Source: an uncultured Verrucomicrobiae bacterium | GTDB taxonomy: Bacteria; Verrucomicrobiota; Verrucomicrobiia; Chthoniobacterales; UBA10450 | Assembly: GCA_963735805.1 (NCBI GenBank) | Contig: CAVTMK010000002.1 | Span: 1,056,001-1,120,000, forward strand | DNA: 64,000 bases | Reading direction: 5' to 3' | Part shown: in pieces, positions 10,186-20,200 of the stretch | Layout: the number at the start of each line of letters is the position of its first letter | Numbering within the stretch: position 1 is the stretch's first letter | Notes under the pieces: model-generated | Seen by the model: only the letters and a program-made list of their open reading frames with translations | Databases searched by the model: none | What the model was told of the DNA's origin: nothing | Translations under genes and position numbers: made by a program

Positions 10186-10869
10186 GTGATGCAGCTTTTG
10201 TTCGAGCAATTTCCCGCGCTGGAAGCCATTGGAAACTGTCGTCATGTTTTCACGCAAAGAATTCCCGGGATCGATGTTTCGCACGACAAAACCGAAGTGT
10301 TGAATAGGCTCAATGCGGCCCATACTGAGATCCGGCGCGCGGTCGGTGTGGGCGATTGGCCGCTGTTCACTGCTCAACAAATTCACGGAAACAAGATCGC
10401 AGTTATCGATAATTGCAGCCCCAGCCCCGCTGAAGGCCCCCAATTCCGCGGCTGCGATGGCATCATCAGCAATCAACGTGGAATCGTGCTAGGCGTTTAT
10501 GTTGCCGACTGCTGCGCCGTGTACCTTGTCGATCTAAAAACGCCGGCGATCGGTCTGGTTCATTCCGGCAAAAGAGGCACCGAGCTTGGCGTCGTGTCCA
10601 ATGCAATCAAGCAAATGCTTGACCGCTTCGGCTCCGATCCTGCGAACATGATCGTCCAACTCAGCCCCTGTATTCGGCCACCGCATTACGAACTCGATTT
10701 CGCGGCCGAAATCGTTCGCCAATGTCGCGCGCTTGGCGTGAAAGAAATCCACGACCCCGGTGTGTGCACAGCCTGTGATCTTGTCAGCTACTATTCCTAT
10801 CGCGCCGAAAAAGGAAAAACCGGCCGCATGCTTGCCCTGCTCGGACTCAATCCGCCGACCGCGAATTAG
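10186..10869 (+). CDS. pgeF: YfiH/PgeF family protein
   Basis: QQIHG, VADCCAV, HSG, CTAC, YYSYR, TGRM motifs. Confidence 0.88.
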   Translation: MMQLLFEQFPALEAIGNCRHVFTQRIPGIDVSHDKTEVLNRLNAAHTEIRRAVGVGDWPLFTAQQIHGNKIAVIDNCSPSPAEGPQFRGCDGIISNQRGIVLGVYVADCCAVYLVDLKTPAIGLVHSGKRGTELGVVSNAIKQMLDRFGSDPANMIVQLSPCIRPPHYELDFAAEIVRQCRALGVKEIHDPGVCTACDLVSYYSYRAEKGKTGRMLALLGLNPPTAN

Positions 10870-10923
10870 ACGAACAATTATTCGTGACCTTTTACGAACG
10901 TTCGTCTACTTCTCGTTAGGTCT

Positions 10924-11283
10924 ATGCGAAGCGCCGCTATTATCGTCGCGCTTTTTCTAAGCGCTTGCGCCGCCGATCGGTATCGCTGGAATTTGGCGTA
11001 CCAACACCTCATGCCGAATGCCAGCAAGCTGCCACGCGTCGACATCGAAGAGATCACGCGACTTGTTAGCAAGAAAAGTGGACAGCCGATTCTTGGCATT
11101 GCTCTTCAGCGGAAAGGCCGGTGCGCTGGACAGGTCACGGTTGTTACAGCGTACCCGAGTGGAAACTACCCGGAAGATCATGGTGCATACTGGCTTCGGA
11201 AGGAAGCAGGCCATTGGCGCATCACTCAAGGAGGTGCTGGCTTATCCGAATCACTCATCGGTCTGGCACTCAGTGAAGACTAG
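10924..11283 (+). CDS. Cassette 1: hypothetical lipoprotein
   Basis: Lipobox LSAC; ATG two nt after GTTAGGT. Confidence 0.75.
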   Translation: MRSAAIIVALFLSACAADRYRWNLAYQHLMPNASKLPRVDIEEITRLVSKKSGQPILGIALQRKGRCAGQVTVVTAYPSGNYPEDHGAYWLRKEAGHWRITQGGAGLSESLIGLALSED

Positions 11284-11406
11284 AGCTAACCAAACGCTGG
11301 AGCGAACCGCCGCTCGTCGTGTGTCTACATTTTTCATGACTAAAACCCATTCACTGCGATTCGCGCTCGTTCTCGGCGGCGGTCGCACAGCTTTGTCTTG
11401 TTAGGT
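11284..11406 (+). repeat. attC site 1 (123 bp)
   Basis: AGCTAAC...GCTGGAGCGAACCGCCGC // GCGGCGGTCGCACAGC...GTTAGGT; imperfect palindrome with unpaired bases. Confidence 0.88.
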
Positions 11407-11408
11407 CT

Positions 11409-11744
11409 ATGAGACGCGCGGTGGTTTCGATGATGCTGGTCCTCAGTGGGTGTGTGACGCCTCCAACGCAGATCACCGGGCGCTATGCAAGTCGACTGTC
11501 CGATTCTGATCTGCAGCAGATCAAGCGTCTCGTAACGAATGACCCTAAGCTGGATCATCGGGTCGCCCAAATAGACGTGGTCGCGCCGGATAAGGCTCGG
11601 GTGAAAGTCGGCGGGATCCAGTTTCAAGGCTGGTCGTGGGAGATCATCACGGTAATCAAGCATCGTTGGAGCTGGGCGCGTGATTACACTGCGCCAGCTG
11701 AGGCCGAAGCGGAGAGGATAATCATCACTTATTGCTATGCCTAA
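11409..11744 (+). CDS. Cassette 2: hypothetical lipoprotein
   Basis: Lipobox LSGC; ATG two nt after GTTAGGT. Confidence 0.75.
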   Translation: MRRAVVSMMLVLSGCVTPPTQITGRYASRLSDSDLQQIKRLVTNDPKLDHRVAQIDVVAPDKARVKVGGIQFQGWSWEIITVIKHRWSWARDYTAPAEAEAERIIITYCYA

Positions 11745-11839
11745 ACCTAACCAATCGGTGAAGCCAACGGTCCTTGATCGAGTGAACGTGAACGAGCTTG
11801 TCACAGACCCCCGTCCGTGGCTTATCCTTCTCGTTAGGC
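11745..11839 (+). repeat. attC site 2 (95 bp)
   Basis: ACCTAAC...GAAGCCAACGG // CCGTGGCTT...GTTAGGC. Confidence 0.85.
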
Positions 11840-11867
11840 CGCCCTATGCTATAGCTACCTTTACGTA

Positions 11868-12417
<550 letters not shown>

Positions 12418-12423
12418 AGAAAG

Positions 12424-12547
12424 GCCTAATCAAGCGCTGGAGCGAACCGCCGCCGGTCGTCCATTTTGTCTTTCAGATGATTATGACTGCTTCAGTTGAA
12501 GCTGAACCCGGTGCCAGCGGTGGTCGCTCAGCTTGGTCTTGTTAGAT
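12424..12547 (+). repeat. attC site 3 (124 bp)
   Basis: GCCTAAT...GCTGGAGCGAACCGCCGC // GCGGTGGTCGCTCAGC...GTTAGAT; arms nearly identical to attC1. Confidence 0.88.
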
Positions 12548-13354
12548 TGAAATCTGTTCGCTGATGCCGCGTTTAATCGGACAAATCCCGCGCTTCTTGG
12601 CGTTCGCCACGAAGTCGACAAACTCGCGGGCCGCGTTGCCGAGCTTCATCGTCGCCGCTTTTTCAAGCGTCTGCGAGATGTTCAGTCCGCTCAAGTAAAC
12701 AAGCTTAAACGCAGCTTTAACGTCTTCTCGATCTTCCGCGCTGAAGCCGGCACGACGAAGCCCGACCACATTCAATCCGAAAACAAGATTGCGTTCTGCT
12801 GCGACGACGAACGGGGGCAGATCCTTTCCGAAGGCGGAGCTGCCCTGCACCATCACCAATCGCCCGATGTGCATAAACTGATGAAATGTCGAACCTCCGC
12901 CGAGAAATGCGCCGTCATCGACCTGAACGTAACCGGCAAGCAAACAGTTATTAGCGATAACGACATTATTCCCGATCTCGCAATTGTGACCGATATGCGC
13001 TCCGACCATCAGGAAATTCTTATCACCGATTTTTGTGGCGCTGCCCTCGGCGGTCCCGCGATGAATCGTGCAGTATTCGCGGATAATATTGTGATTTCCA
13101 ATCTCGACCTTCGTTTTTCGGTCCGTTGAAAATGAAACATCCTGTGGCGGCACGCCGATCACCACGCCGTGCCCGATGAAATTGCCGGCGCCAATTTGGA
13201 CTTCTCCTTCAATCACGACGTGCGATTGCACTATCGTTTTCTCGCCAATTGTCACCTGTGATCCGACAATTGAAAATGGCCCGACTTCCACGTCATCAGC
13301 GATTCGCGCGGCTGGATCGACGATTGCGGTCGGATGAATTTTCGCGGTGCCCAT
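12542..13354 (-). CDS. lpxA: UDP-N-acetylglucosamine acyltransferase
   Basis: Hexapeptide repeats, IREYCTIHRGT, HIGHNC, HQF, GLNVVGLRRAGF. Confidence 0.93.
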   Translation of the reverse strand: MGTAKIHPTAIVDPAARIADDVEVGPFSIVGSQVTIGEKTIVQSHVVIEGEVQIGAGNFIGHGVVIGVPPQDVSFSTDRKTKVEIGNHNIIREYCTIHRGTAEGSATKIGDKNFLMVGAHIGHNCEIGNNVVIANNCLLAGYVQVDDGAFLGGGSTFHQFMHIGRLVMVQGSSAFGKDLPPFVVAAERNLVFGLNVVGLRRAGFSAEDREDVKAAFKLVYLSGLNISQTLEKAATMKLGNAAREFVDFVANAKKRGICPIKRGISEQISI

Positions 13355-13386
13355 TTCGTTTGGATTTCGATATTCGGACGTCCGTT

Positions 13387-14082
13387 TTACAACACGCCTG
13401 CTTCTTTGAAGCTAAAGTAACCGGGATTCGCGTCCGACGGAGCTCCGATGATGATGTGATCCAGCAATTTGATTTGTAACAATTCGGCTGCTTCTGCCAG
13501 GCGTCTTGTCAGGCTGTGATCAGTCTGGCTGGGTGACGCGTCGCCGGACGGATGATTGTGCACAACGATGACTGCGTAGGCGGAGTAAGTAATCGCCGGC
13601 CGAAAAATCTCGCGCGGATGAGCGATGCTCTCATTCATACTTCCCACCGAAACGGATTCGACGCGCATCAGACGGTAACGTGTGTCGAGCAGGACAACGC
13701 GGAGCGACTCAGTCCGCAGCATCCGCATTTCACCGCCAAGCAACTCATGGATTAATTCCGGCGAATCGAGCTTTTGCTGAGACAATGGTTCCTGCGAAAA
13801 CCTTTTTCCCAGATTAAACGCTGCCACCAATTCCAGCGCCTTAGCCGGACCAATTCCTTTGACCGCGCTAAGTTCCTGGACGGAACACCGGCTCAACTCC
13901 GCGAAGGATTTGTATTTGTTGAGGAGCTCACGAGCCACCTCTATCACATTCATTCCGCGCCGTCCGGTGCGCAGCAGGATTGCGATCAACTCCGGATTGG
14001 TTAGAGCATCCGGACCGCGTGCGAGCAATTTTTCCCGCGGCCGCTCGTCCTGCGGCATTTCGCGGATTTTCAACTGCGACAT
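13387..14082 (-). CDS. radC: RadC/JAB domain protein
   Basis: ERPREKL, HPREIF, HNHPSGD, LLDHIII. Confidence 0.95.
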   Translation of the reverse strand: MSQLKIREMPQDERPREKLLARGPDALTNPELIAILLRTGRRGMNVIEVARELLNKYKSFAELSRCSVQELSAVKGIGPAKALELVAAFNLGKRFSQEPLSQQKLDSPELIHELLGGEMRMLRTESLRVVLLDTRYRLMRVESVSVGSMNESIAHPREIFRPAITYSAYAVIVVHNHPSGDASPSQTDHSLTRRLAEAAELLQIKLLDHIIIGAPSDANPGYFSFKEAGVL

Positions 14083-14113
14083 CTAGTGCGAGGGCCGCCT
14101 TGGCGCGGCCACC

Positions 14114-15124
14114 TCAGACCCGAAGTTGATCGAACATTTCGCACAACGCATCGCCGAGCAATGACAAAGCGGCAGCGTAAGGATTCGACTCGATTCCATC
14201 CAGCGCAGCTTGGGCCTCGCGAATCAAGTCGGTCCCGGCGGCAATCGATTCATTCAGCGCGCCGTTAGTCGCGCCATTCTTCAACAGCTCAATCATTTCT
14301 TCGACTCGTTCTTCGAGCACAAGCTGGCAACACCGCTCCCGTTCGAACTCCGATGCTGAGCGCAAGAAAATCAGAACTGGCAGCGTGAACTTGCCCTTGC
14401 GAAGATCCGTCCCGAGCGTCTTGCCAGTGGCGCGTTCGTTACCGGCAAGATCAACACAATCGTCGTAAATCTGATAAGCGGTCCCAATTTGAAATCCGAA
14501 ATTTTTGAACCTTTCGATTGCGACAGGGCTCGCCTCGCTGATTACCGCAGCTAATTCCGATGCTACGGAAAACAGCGATCCAGTCTTCATTTCCACGATT
14601 CGCAGGTAATCCTGAACGCCAAGGTTAAGATCGAATTTGCGTTGAGTTTGGATCATCTCGCCCGAACAAACCGTCGCGGCCGTTCGCGCAATCGCGCGGC
14701 CGATGTCGGAGTTTTCAAAATTCGTCGATAAAGTCAGCGCGTGAGCGAAAAGGCAGTCGCCCAGCAAAACACTGAGCGAATTTCCCCAACGCGCATTCGC
14801 AGTAGGCTGTGCGCGCCTGCGCTCCGCTTCATCCATTACATCGTCGTGCACGAGTGTGGCGATATGAATGAGTTCCACGATCACGGCAAGATCGACGTGT
14901 CCGGAGTTAATCTCGCCAGTCGCACCACCGGCCAGAAGCGTTAGCAGCGGCCGCAAACGTTTGCCGCGACCGCCCACGGCGTACATTACATACCCTTCAA
15001 TCGCCGGATCGAAAGCTGCCGCTTGTTGCGCAATGCGTGTCTCGACTTCTTCGAGATGCGGCTGAACCAACTTCGCCACCTTGGCGAGCGAACCAGCTGG
15101 AGACACCGCCGCAGTCCCAGTCAT
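14114..15124 (-). CDS. Polyprenyl diphosphate synthase
   Basis: GKRLRP, LVHDDVMD, QIYDDCVD, GKFTLP; likely start ATG at 15124. Confidence 0.92.
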   Translation of the reverse strand: MTGTAAVSPAGSLAKVAKLVQPHLEEVETRIAQQAAAFDPAIEGYVMYAVGGRGKRLRPLLTLLAGGATGEINSGHVDLAVIVELIHIATLVHDDVMDEAERRRAQPTANARWGNSLSVLLGDCLFAHALTLSTNFENSDIGRAIARTAATVCSGEMIQTQRKFDLNLGVQDYLRIVEMKTGSLFSVASELAAVISEASPVAIERFKNFGFQIGTAYQIYDDCVDLAGNERATGKTLGTDLRKGKFTLPVLIFLRSASEFERERCCQLVLEERVEEMIELLKNGATNGALNESIAAGTDLIREAQAALDGIESNPYAAALSLLGDALCEMFDQLRV

Positions 15125-15263
15125 GCCCGGCCGTGAGCGCGCGAAGAGTTCCACGAGGCGAGGATAGCGGCGCGGGTTGTGTGTTGTCAAAGCAACACGA
15201 GCGTAAATTTAATTATTTCTGAAGCGGCCAACGAATCGACGGCCGACACAGCCGCTTCAAGGT

Positions 15264-15974
15264 TCATAGCTTTCGCAGCCAGGTTTCGGTCCCGTACTTT
15301 TGTTGAACCAGTTCACGCGCCCGCTTCACGACATGATCACCGGTCTCGCGTTCATAACATGTCGCGGACAAAGCCCGCGCGAATCGTTCGGTTAACCGAT
15401 TCCCGACGTCGACCCCTTGGATGCTGCCCTGATGTAGCAACCCACCGCGCGTTCTGCGCTGCGCAGCTCCTGCGACTTTGCGTCCATCCATCATCACATC
15501 GGCGCGTACGGGTTTAGCGAAACAATTGTAGCCCGGATCGCTGATACCGAACTTCGTAAGCACAGCCGCCGCGTTGCACGAACCAGGGTCATCGATCCCG
15601 GCTACAACTCCGCGTTGTCCCGTCTCAGCCAATGCATTGACCAAAGCCCGGTGAATCCTTTGATAAATCGACGCGGACGATTCGGCGAAGACCGTGTCAC
15701 TTGCCGGAATCAAAATCGAATAAGTGAGATCAGTTCCATGAAAAACAATCCCGCCGCCCGTCCAACGCCGGACCAAATCGCGCTCGCGCTGGTAGCCGGC
15801 GACATCGGCAAATCGACCAAAGTATCCAAACGAGAGAGCAGGAGACTGCCAGCGATAAAAGCGAATTACGGGAACTGCGACATGCTCGAGCAGCGCTTCG
15901 TCAATTGCCATGTTCATCGCGGCGCTGTGAAAAGCGCCATCGCGACAGATAGTCAGCGCAGCAAATATCGTCAT
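15264..15974 (-). CDS. Lipoate-protein ligase A family domain protein
   Basis: NMAIDEALL, VRRWTGGGIVFH, KVAGAAQRR, LHQGSI; carries an in-frame palindromic insert. Confidence 0.85.
   Translation of the reverse strand: MTIFAALTICRDGAFHSAAMNMAIDEALLEHVAVPVIRFYRWQSPALSFGYFGRFADVAGYQRERDLVRRWTGGGIVFHGTDLTYSILIPASDTVFAESSASIYQRIHRALVNALAETGQRGVVAGIDDPGSCNAAAVLTKFGISDPGYNCFAKPVRADVMMDGRKVAGAAQRRTRGGLLHQGSIQGVDVGNRLTERFARALSATCYERETGDHVVKRARELVQQKYGTETWLRKL
15526..15607. repeat. GTAG-type REP-like palindrome inside a CDS
   Basis: TTGTAGCCCGGATCGCTGA...TCATCGATCCCGGCTACAA; 17/19 terminal complementarity. Confidence 0.8.
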
Positions 15975-16053
15975 TCCAAGCGACGTCGAGGAATCCCGTT
16001 GAAGTGCCTTGGAGGGTGCAACACAGGATGTTTCAACTCCGCTCGACATTGAC
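15970..16053. repeat. GTCATT...GAC palindromic element, copy A
   Basis: GTCATTCCAAGCGACGTCGAGGAATC...GATGTTTCAACTCCGCTCGACATTGAC. Confidence 0.75.
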
Positions 16054-16082
16054 AGTAATGAATGGAATTAACCCGTAATTCG

Positions 16083-16775
16083 TTAGGGGCTGATTTCTGC
16101 GAGAATCTTTTCCGCAGCTTCCGACGGATTTCGGTGGGCTGTGATCGGTCGGCCGACGACAAGATAGTCTGCACCCGCTTGAAGTGCCTCCCGGGGAGTC
16201 ATTACGCGCTTTTGATCGCCGGCCGTCGACCAGTTCGGGCGAACTCCTGGCACGACGATTTTGATCCTGTCGCCAAATTCACGACGAAGCGTCTCGATTT
16301 CGTGCGGACTGGCCACGACTCCATCGATTCCGGCTTCGACGCCTAACTTCGCCAGCCGAAGCACCTGATCCTCGACTTTGTCCTGAATTCCAATTTCGCG
16401 CAGGGTCTCTTCCGTCGAACTGGTTAGAACGGTCACACCCAGGAGCAACATGTTCTCTGACCGGGCTGCAATCGCTGCGCGGATCATTTCGCTGCCGCCG
16501 CTTAAGTGAATGGTGAGCACCTGTGCGCCAAGCCGGTTCGCAGATTCGACGGCTCTGGCGACAGTATTTGGAATATCGTGCAGCTTGAGATCGAGCCAAA
16601 CCTTGGAGCCTGTAGAGGACACCGCGCGCACAATTTCCGGGCCTTCCGCTGTATAAAGTTGCAGCCCGATTTTGAAAAACGAGATCCGGTCCCGCAGCTT
16701 TCCAACGAGCTCAAGCGCGGGCTTTTGTGTGGGCACATCCAGCGCGACGATGATTCTGTCAGCTGCCTTTGTCAT
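16083..16775 (-). CDS. pyrF: Orotidine-5'-phosphate decarboxylase
   Basis: IIVALD, DLKLHDIPNT, GVTVLTS, PGVRP, VVGRPIT; likely start ATG at 16775. Confidence 0.96.
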   Translation of the reverse strand: MTKAADRIIVALDVPTQKPALELVGKLRDRISFFKIGLQLYTAEGPEIVRAVSSTGSKVWLDLKLHDIPNTVARAVESANRLGAQVLTIHLSGGSEMIRAAIAARSENMLLLGVTVLTSSTEETLREIGIQDKVEDQVLRLAKLGVEAGIDGVVASPHEIETLRREFGDRIKIVVPGVRPNWSTAGDQKRVMTPREALQAGADYLVVGRPITAHRNPSEAAEKILAEISP

Positions 16776-16841
16776 TCCAAACGAAGTCGAAGAATCTCTC
16801 ATATCTATTCAAGAGATGTCTCGACTCCGCTCGACATGACA
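16770..16841. repeat. GTCATT...ATGAC palindromic element, copy B
   Basis: TGTCATTCCAAACGAAGTCGAAGAATCTC...GAGATGTCTCGACTCCGCTCGACATGACA. Confidence 0.8.
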
Positions 16842-16856
16842 ATTGAAATGTAACCT

Positions 16857-17690
16857 ATGCAAATCCTCGCGCCCGCGAAGATAAATCTTTCGTTGAGAAT
16901 TCTCGGACTGCGAAACGACGGGTTCCACGGGCTCGAGACACTAATTGTGCCGGTTTCGCTCTATGATGAAATAAGAATCGATAAAGATGCCCAGGCGAAG
17001 GGAATCAAGTTTCGTTGCGACGATCCATCAGTGCCACAGAGCGACGACAATCTCGCTGTCCGCGCAGCGAAGGCGTTCTTTGAAACAACCAAGATCGAAC
17101 CTGCGATTTCGATCGAGCTCAAGAAGAAAATTCCGAATGGCGCCGGGTTAGGCGGTGGAAGTAGCGACGCTGCTTCCGTCCTGCGTGCGCTCAACGAACT
17201 TTTCGAAACAAAGTTGTCACAGAAAGCGCTCGCCAAAGTGGCGGAGGCGATCGGATCAGATGTTCCATTTTTTATTTTTCAGTCCGCCGCCGATTGCAGG
17301 GGACGCGGCGAAACAGTCACGCCCGTGAAATTGACCAGGCAGTTCTCGATCCTGTTGCTTAAGCCAGATTTCGTGGTCTCAACGGCATGGGCGTACTCGC
17401 GCTGGAAGGATTCACGAGAAATTCCCACAGTTCGTTACGAAGTGCAGGAGTTCGCGGATAGGACTTTTGTGAATGATCTCGAACGTCCGGTCTTCGAAAA
17501 ATTTGTTTTTCTCGCGCAGTTGAAAATGTGGCTGCTCAGTCAACCGGAAGTCGGCGCGGCGCTCATGTCGGGCTCCGGTTCGACGATGTTTGCGGTGATG
17601 CGCGAAAACGCGAGTGTGGATTCTTTGGAGAAGCGTGCCAAAGCCGCACTCGATCCGGAACTTTGGACCTGCGCCTGCGAAACGATCTGA
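16857..17690 (+). CDS. ispE: 4-diphosphocytidyl-2-C-methyl-D-erythritol kinase
   Basis: APAKINL, IPNGAGLGGGSSDAA, GSDVPFF, MSGSGS. Confidence 0.96.
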   Translation: MQILAPAKINLSLRILGLRNDGFHGLETLIVPVSLYDEIRIDKDAQAKGIKFRCDDPSVPQSDDNLAVRAAKAFFETTKIEPAISIELKKKIPNGAGLGGGSSDAASVLRALNELFETKLSQKALAKVAEAIGSDVPFFIFQSAADCRGRGETVTPVKLTRQFSILLLKPDFVVSTAWAYSRWKDSREIPTVRYEVQEFADRTFVNDLERPVFEKFVFLAQLKMWLLSQPEVGAALMSGSGSTMFAVMRENASVDSLEKRAKAALDPELWTCACETI

Positions 17691-17691
17691 T

Positions 17692-19950
17692 TTAAACTCG
17701 CGAGCGGCGGCGACCTGCCCCGCGACTGCGGGACGAATATTTCACCGGCCGTCGTTTCGGTTCGATCTTCGAAATGCCGGTGCCGCTCTTTACCTCCATG
17801 ATTTGGTCGCGCAGAAGCGCTGCGCGTTCGAATTCCAGGTTCGCGGAAGCCTCCTGCATTTCCTCTTCCAGTTCTCGCAGCAATTCGGTGACATTGAAAT
17901 CGCCGCCAGCCTCCTGGATAATGGAGGCGGCGATTTCGCGCCCGCGAAGGATGGTGTGCAAACTTTCCTGCACGGCCCGCCGAACCGTTTGCGGGGTAAT
18001 TCCATGTTTCTCGTTGTATTCCATCTGCTTCGCGCGCCTGTACTCGGAAATCGAGATGAGCGCTTCCATACTTTGGGTGACCTGATCGGCGAAAAGCACT
18101 ACTTCCCCGTTCACATGTCGCGCGGCGCGACCTGCGGTTTGAATTAGAGAAGTTTCGCTGCGGAGAAATCCCTCCTTGTCCGCATCGAGAATACAAACCA
18201 GCGAAACCTCGGGAAGATCGAGACCTTCGCGGAGCAAATTGATGCCCACGAGAATATCGAAATCCGCCGCACGCAATCCGCGCAAGATTTCGACTCGCTC
18301 GATAGCATCGATGTCGCTATGCAAGTACCGGACTTTCAACCCGACATCGCGCAGGTAGTCCGCCAAATCTTCCGCTGTTCGCTTGGTTAGCGTTGTCACC
18401 AGAACTCGCTCATCCTTCTCAACGCGCTGACGACAGAGCTCGATCGTCTCGTCGATCTGATTCTTGAGCGGCTTCAGCGTGATTTTCGGATCGAGCAGTC
18501 CGGTAGGACGGATGATCTGCTCGACGACCAGCGGCGCGCCGGGCGTGTGCACATCGAATTTTTCGGCAGGCTGATCGGTAGGCGAGATACGGACTTCTGA
18601 ATTGAACGTTCGGCGTTTAACGCCTGCCCGCGACTTGGTAGCGTTGACCGTTGGGCGTTTTTCGCCCGGCAACACGAATGGCACCAATTCCTCTTCGCCA
18701 ATTCGTTGTCGTCTGTGCCGAATGTATCCGTCATTTGCAACTATGCTGTTTTGAATTTCAAATTCCGCCGGGGTCGCGCTGACATAAACGGTCTGGTTCG
18801 TCAGCTTCATGAACTCATCGAAATTGAGCGGCCTGTTATCGAGCGCGCTCGGGAGGCGAAACCCGTAATTTACGAGCACAGTCTTCCGCGAGCGGTCGCC
18901 CTCATACATCCCGCCGATTTGCGGAATGGTGGCGTGCGACTCGTCGATGACGACCAGGAAATCTTTCGGAAAAAAGTCGATGATTGTATACGGTTTGGAA
19001 CCTGGTCGACGCCCGGACAAATGACGCGAGTAATTCTCGATTCCGTTGCAGAAGCCCATTTCCTGCAACATTTCGAGATCATATTCCGTCCGCATCCGCA
19101 AGCGTTGCGCTTCGAGAAGTTTGTTCTGCGACTCCAGTTCCTTGATTCGCTCTTCCAGTTCTTCGCGGATCGTCCGCAACGCGCGATTGAGTTTGTCCGC
19201 CGGTGTCACGAATTGTTTGGCGGGGTAAAAGGTAATTACGGATAACGACTCGTGTGCATGACCAGTCAAAGGATCAAACCGTGTAATCGCTTCAATTTCG
19301 TCACCAAAAAACTCGATCCGGATCCCTTCTTCGTCGGCGGAAGCAGGATACACTTCCACGACGTCGCCCCGGACGCGGAACCTGCCACGCGCGAAGTTGA
19401 CGTCGTTGCGTTCGTACAACATGTCGATCAAACGGCCGAGCACGGCTTCGCGCGAGATATGTTGTCCATTTTTCACGGTCAGTAGCATCTGCAAGTAATC
19501 TTCCGGCGAAGTGACACCGTAAATGCAGGAGACACTGGCTACGACAATTGTGTCGCGGCGCGAAAGCAATGCGCTGGTCGCTGCCAGTCGCAACCGCTCG
19601 ATCTCTTCGTTAATAGAGGAATCCTTCTCGATGTAGGTGTCAGAACGAGGGATATAAGCTTCCGGCTGGTAATAATCGAAGTAGCTGACGAAATATTCCA
19701 CAGCATTCCGCGGAAAGAACTGCTTGAACTCTGAATAAAGCTGTGCGGCCAGGGTCTTATTGTGGGAAATGACAAGCGTGGGCCGATCCAACTCCCGGAT
19801 CACGTTCGCGATTGTGAAAGTTTTGCCCGAACCGGTGACACCTAACAGTGTTTGGTGGCGGTTGCCGGCTTCGATGGACTTGGTCAGTTTGGCAATCGCC
19901 TGTCCCTGGTCGCCGCGTGGTCTGTAGTTCGATTCGAGCTGAAAGGACAT
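17692..19950 (-). CDS. uvrB: Excinuclease ABC subunit B, with an insertion of about 60 aa
   Basis: [30 protein letters not shown] and C-terminal UVR domain. Confidence 0.97.
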   Translation of the reverse strand: MSFQLESNYRPRGDQGQAIAKLTKSIEAGNRHQTLLGVTGSGKTFTIANVIRELDRPTLVISHNKTLAAQLYSEFKQFFPRNAVEYFVSYFDYYQPEAYIPRSDTYIEKDSSINEEIERLRLAATSALLSRRDTIVVASVSCIYGVTSPEDYLQMLLTVKNGQHISREAVLGRLIDMLYERNDVNFARGRFRVRGDVVEVYPASADEEGIRIEFFGDEIEAITRFDPLTGHAHESLSVITFYPAKQFVTPADKLNRALRTIREELEERIKELESQNKLLEAQRLRMRTEYDLEMLQEMGFCNGIENYSRHLSGRRPGSKPYTIIDFFPKDFLVVIDESHATIPQIGGMYEGDRSRKTVLVNYGFRLPSALDNRPLNFDEFMKLTNQTVYVSATPAEFEIQNSIVANDGYIRHRRQRIGEEELVPFVLPGEKRPTVNATKSRAGVKRRTFNSEVRISPTDQPAEKFDVHTPGAPLVVEQIIRPTGLLDPKITLKPLKNQIDETIELCRQRVEKDERVLVTTLTKRTAEDLADYLRDVGLKVRYLHSDIDAIERVEILRGLRAADFDILVGINLLREGLDLPEVSLVCILDADKEGFLRSETSLIQTAGRAARHVNGEVVLFADQVTQSMEALISISEYRRAKQMEYNEKHGITPQTVRRAVQESLHTILRGREIAASIIQEAGGDFNVTELLRELEEEMQEASANLEFERAALLRDQIMEVKSGTGISKIEPKRRPVKYSSRSRGAGRRRSRV

Positions 19951-20200
19951 TCTACAGTCTAGCAGCGACTGCTAAGGATGCCCAGCAGCGCCTGGCAGTA
20001 TCAGCTAAGCGCTGAAGATGTGGGCCGGGATTCGTACGAGATGTGTCGATGGCAATTATTTGCGTCAAAACGCCTCCAGAATGAGGCGGCTCGAGGGAAA
20101 ATGACAGTTTCGCTCGAGCCGTTGGAGGCGCCACTACAATTTGACTCGCCGCGTCGAGCCGATGATAAGATCGAGACTGGGATGCCGTGAAATCTCTTAT

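Noticed and set aside
13387..14082. radC as a mobile-element marker linked to the cassette array
   Set aside because: Full-length chromosomal form with N-terminal HhH region, embedded among housekeeping genes.
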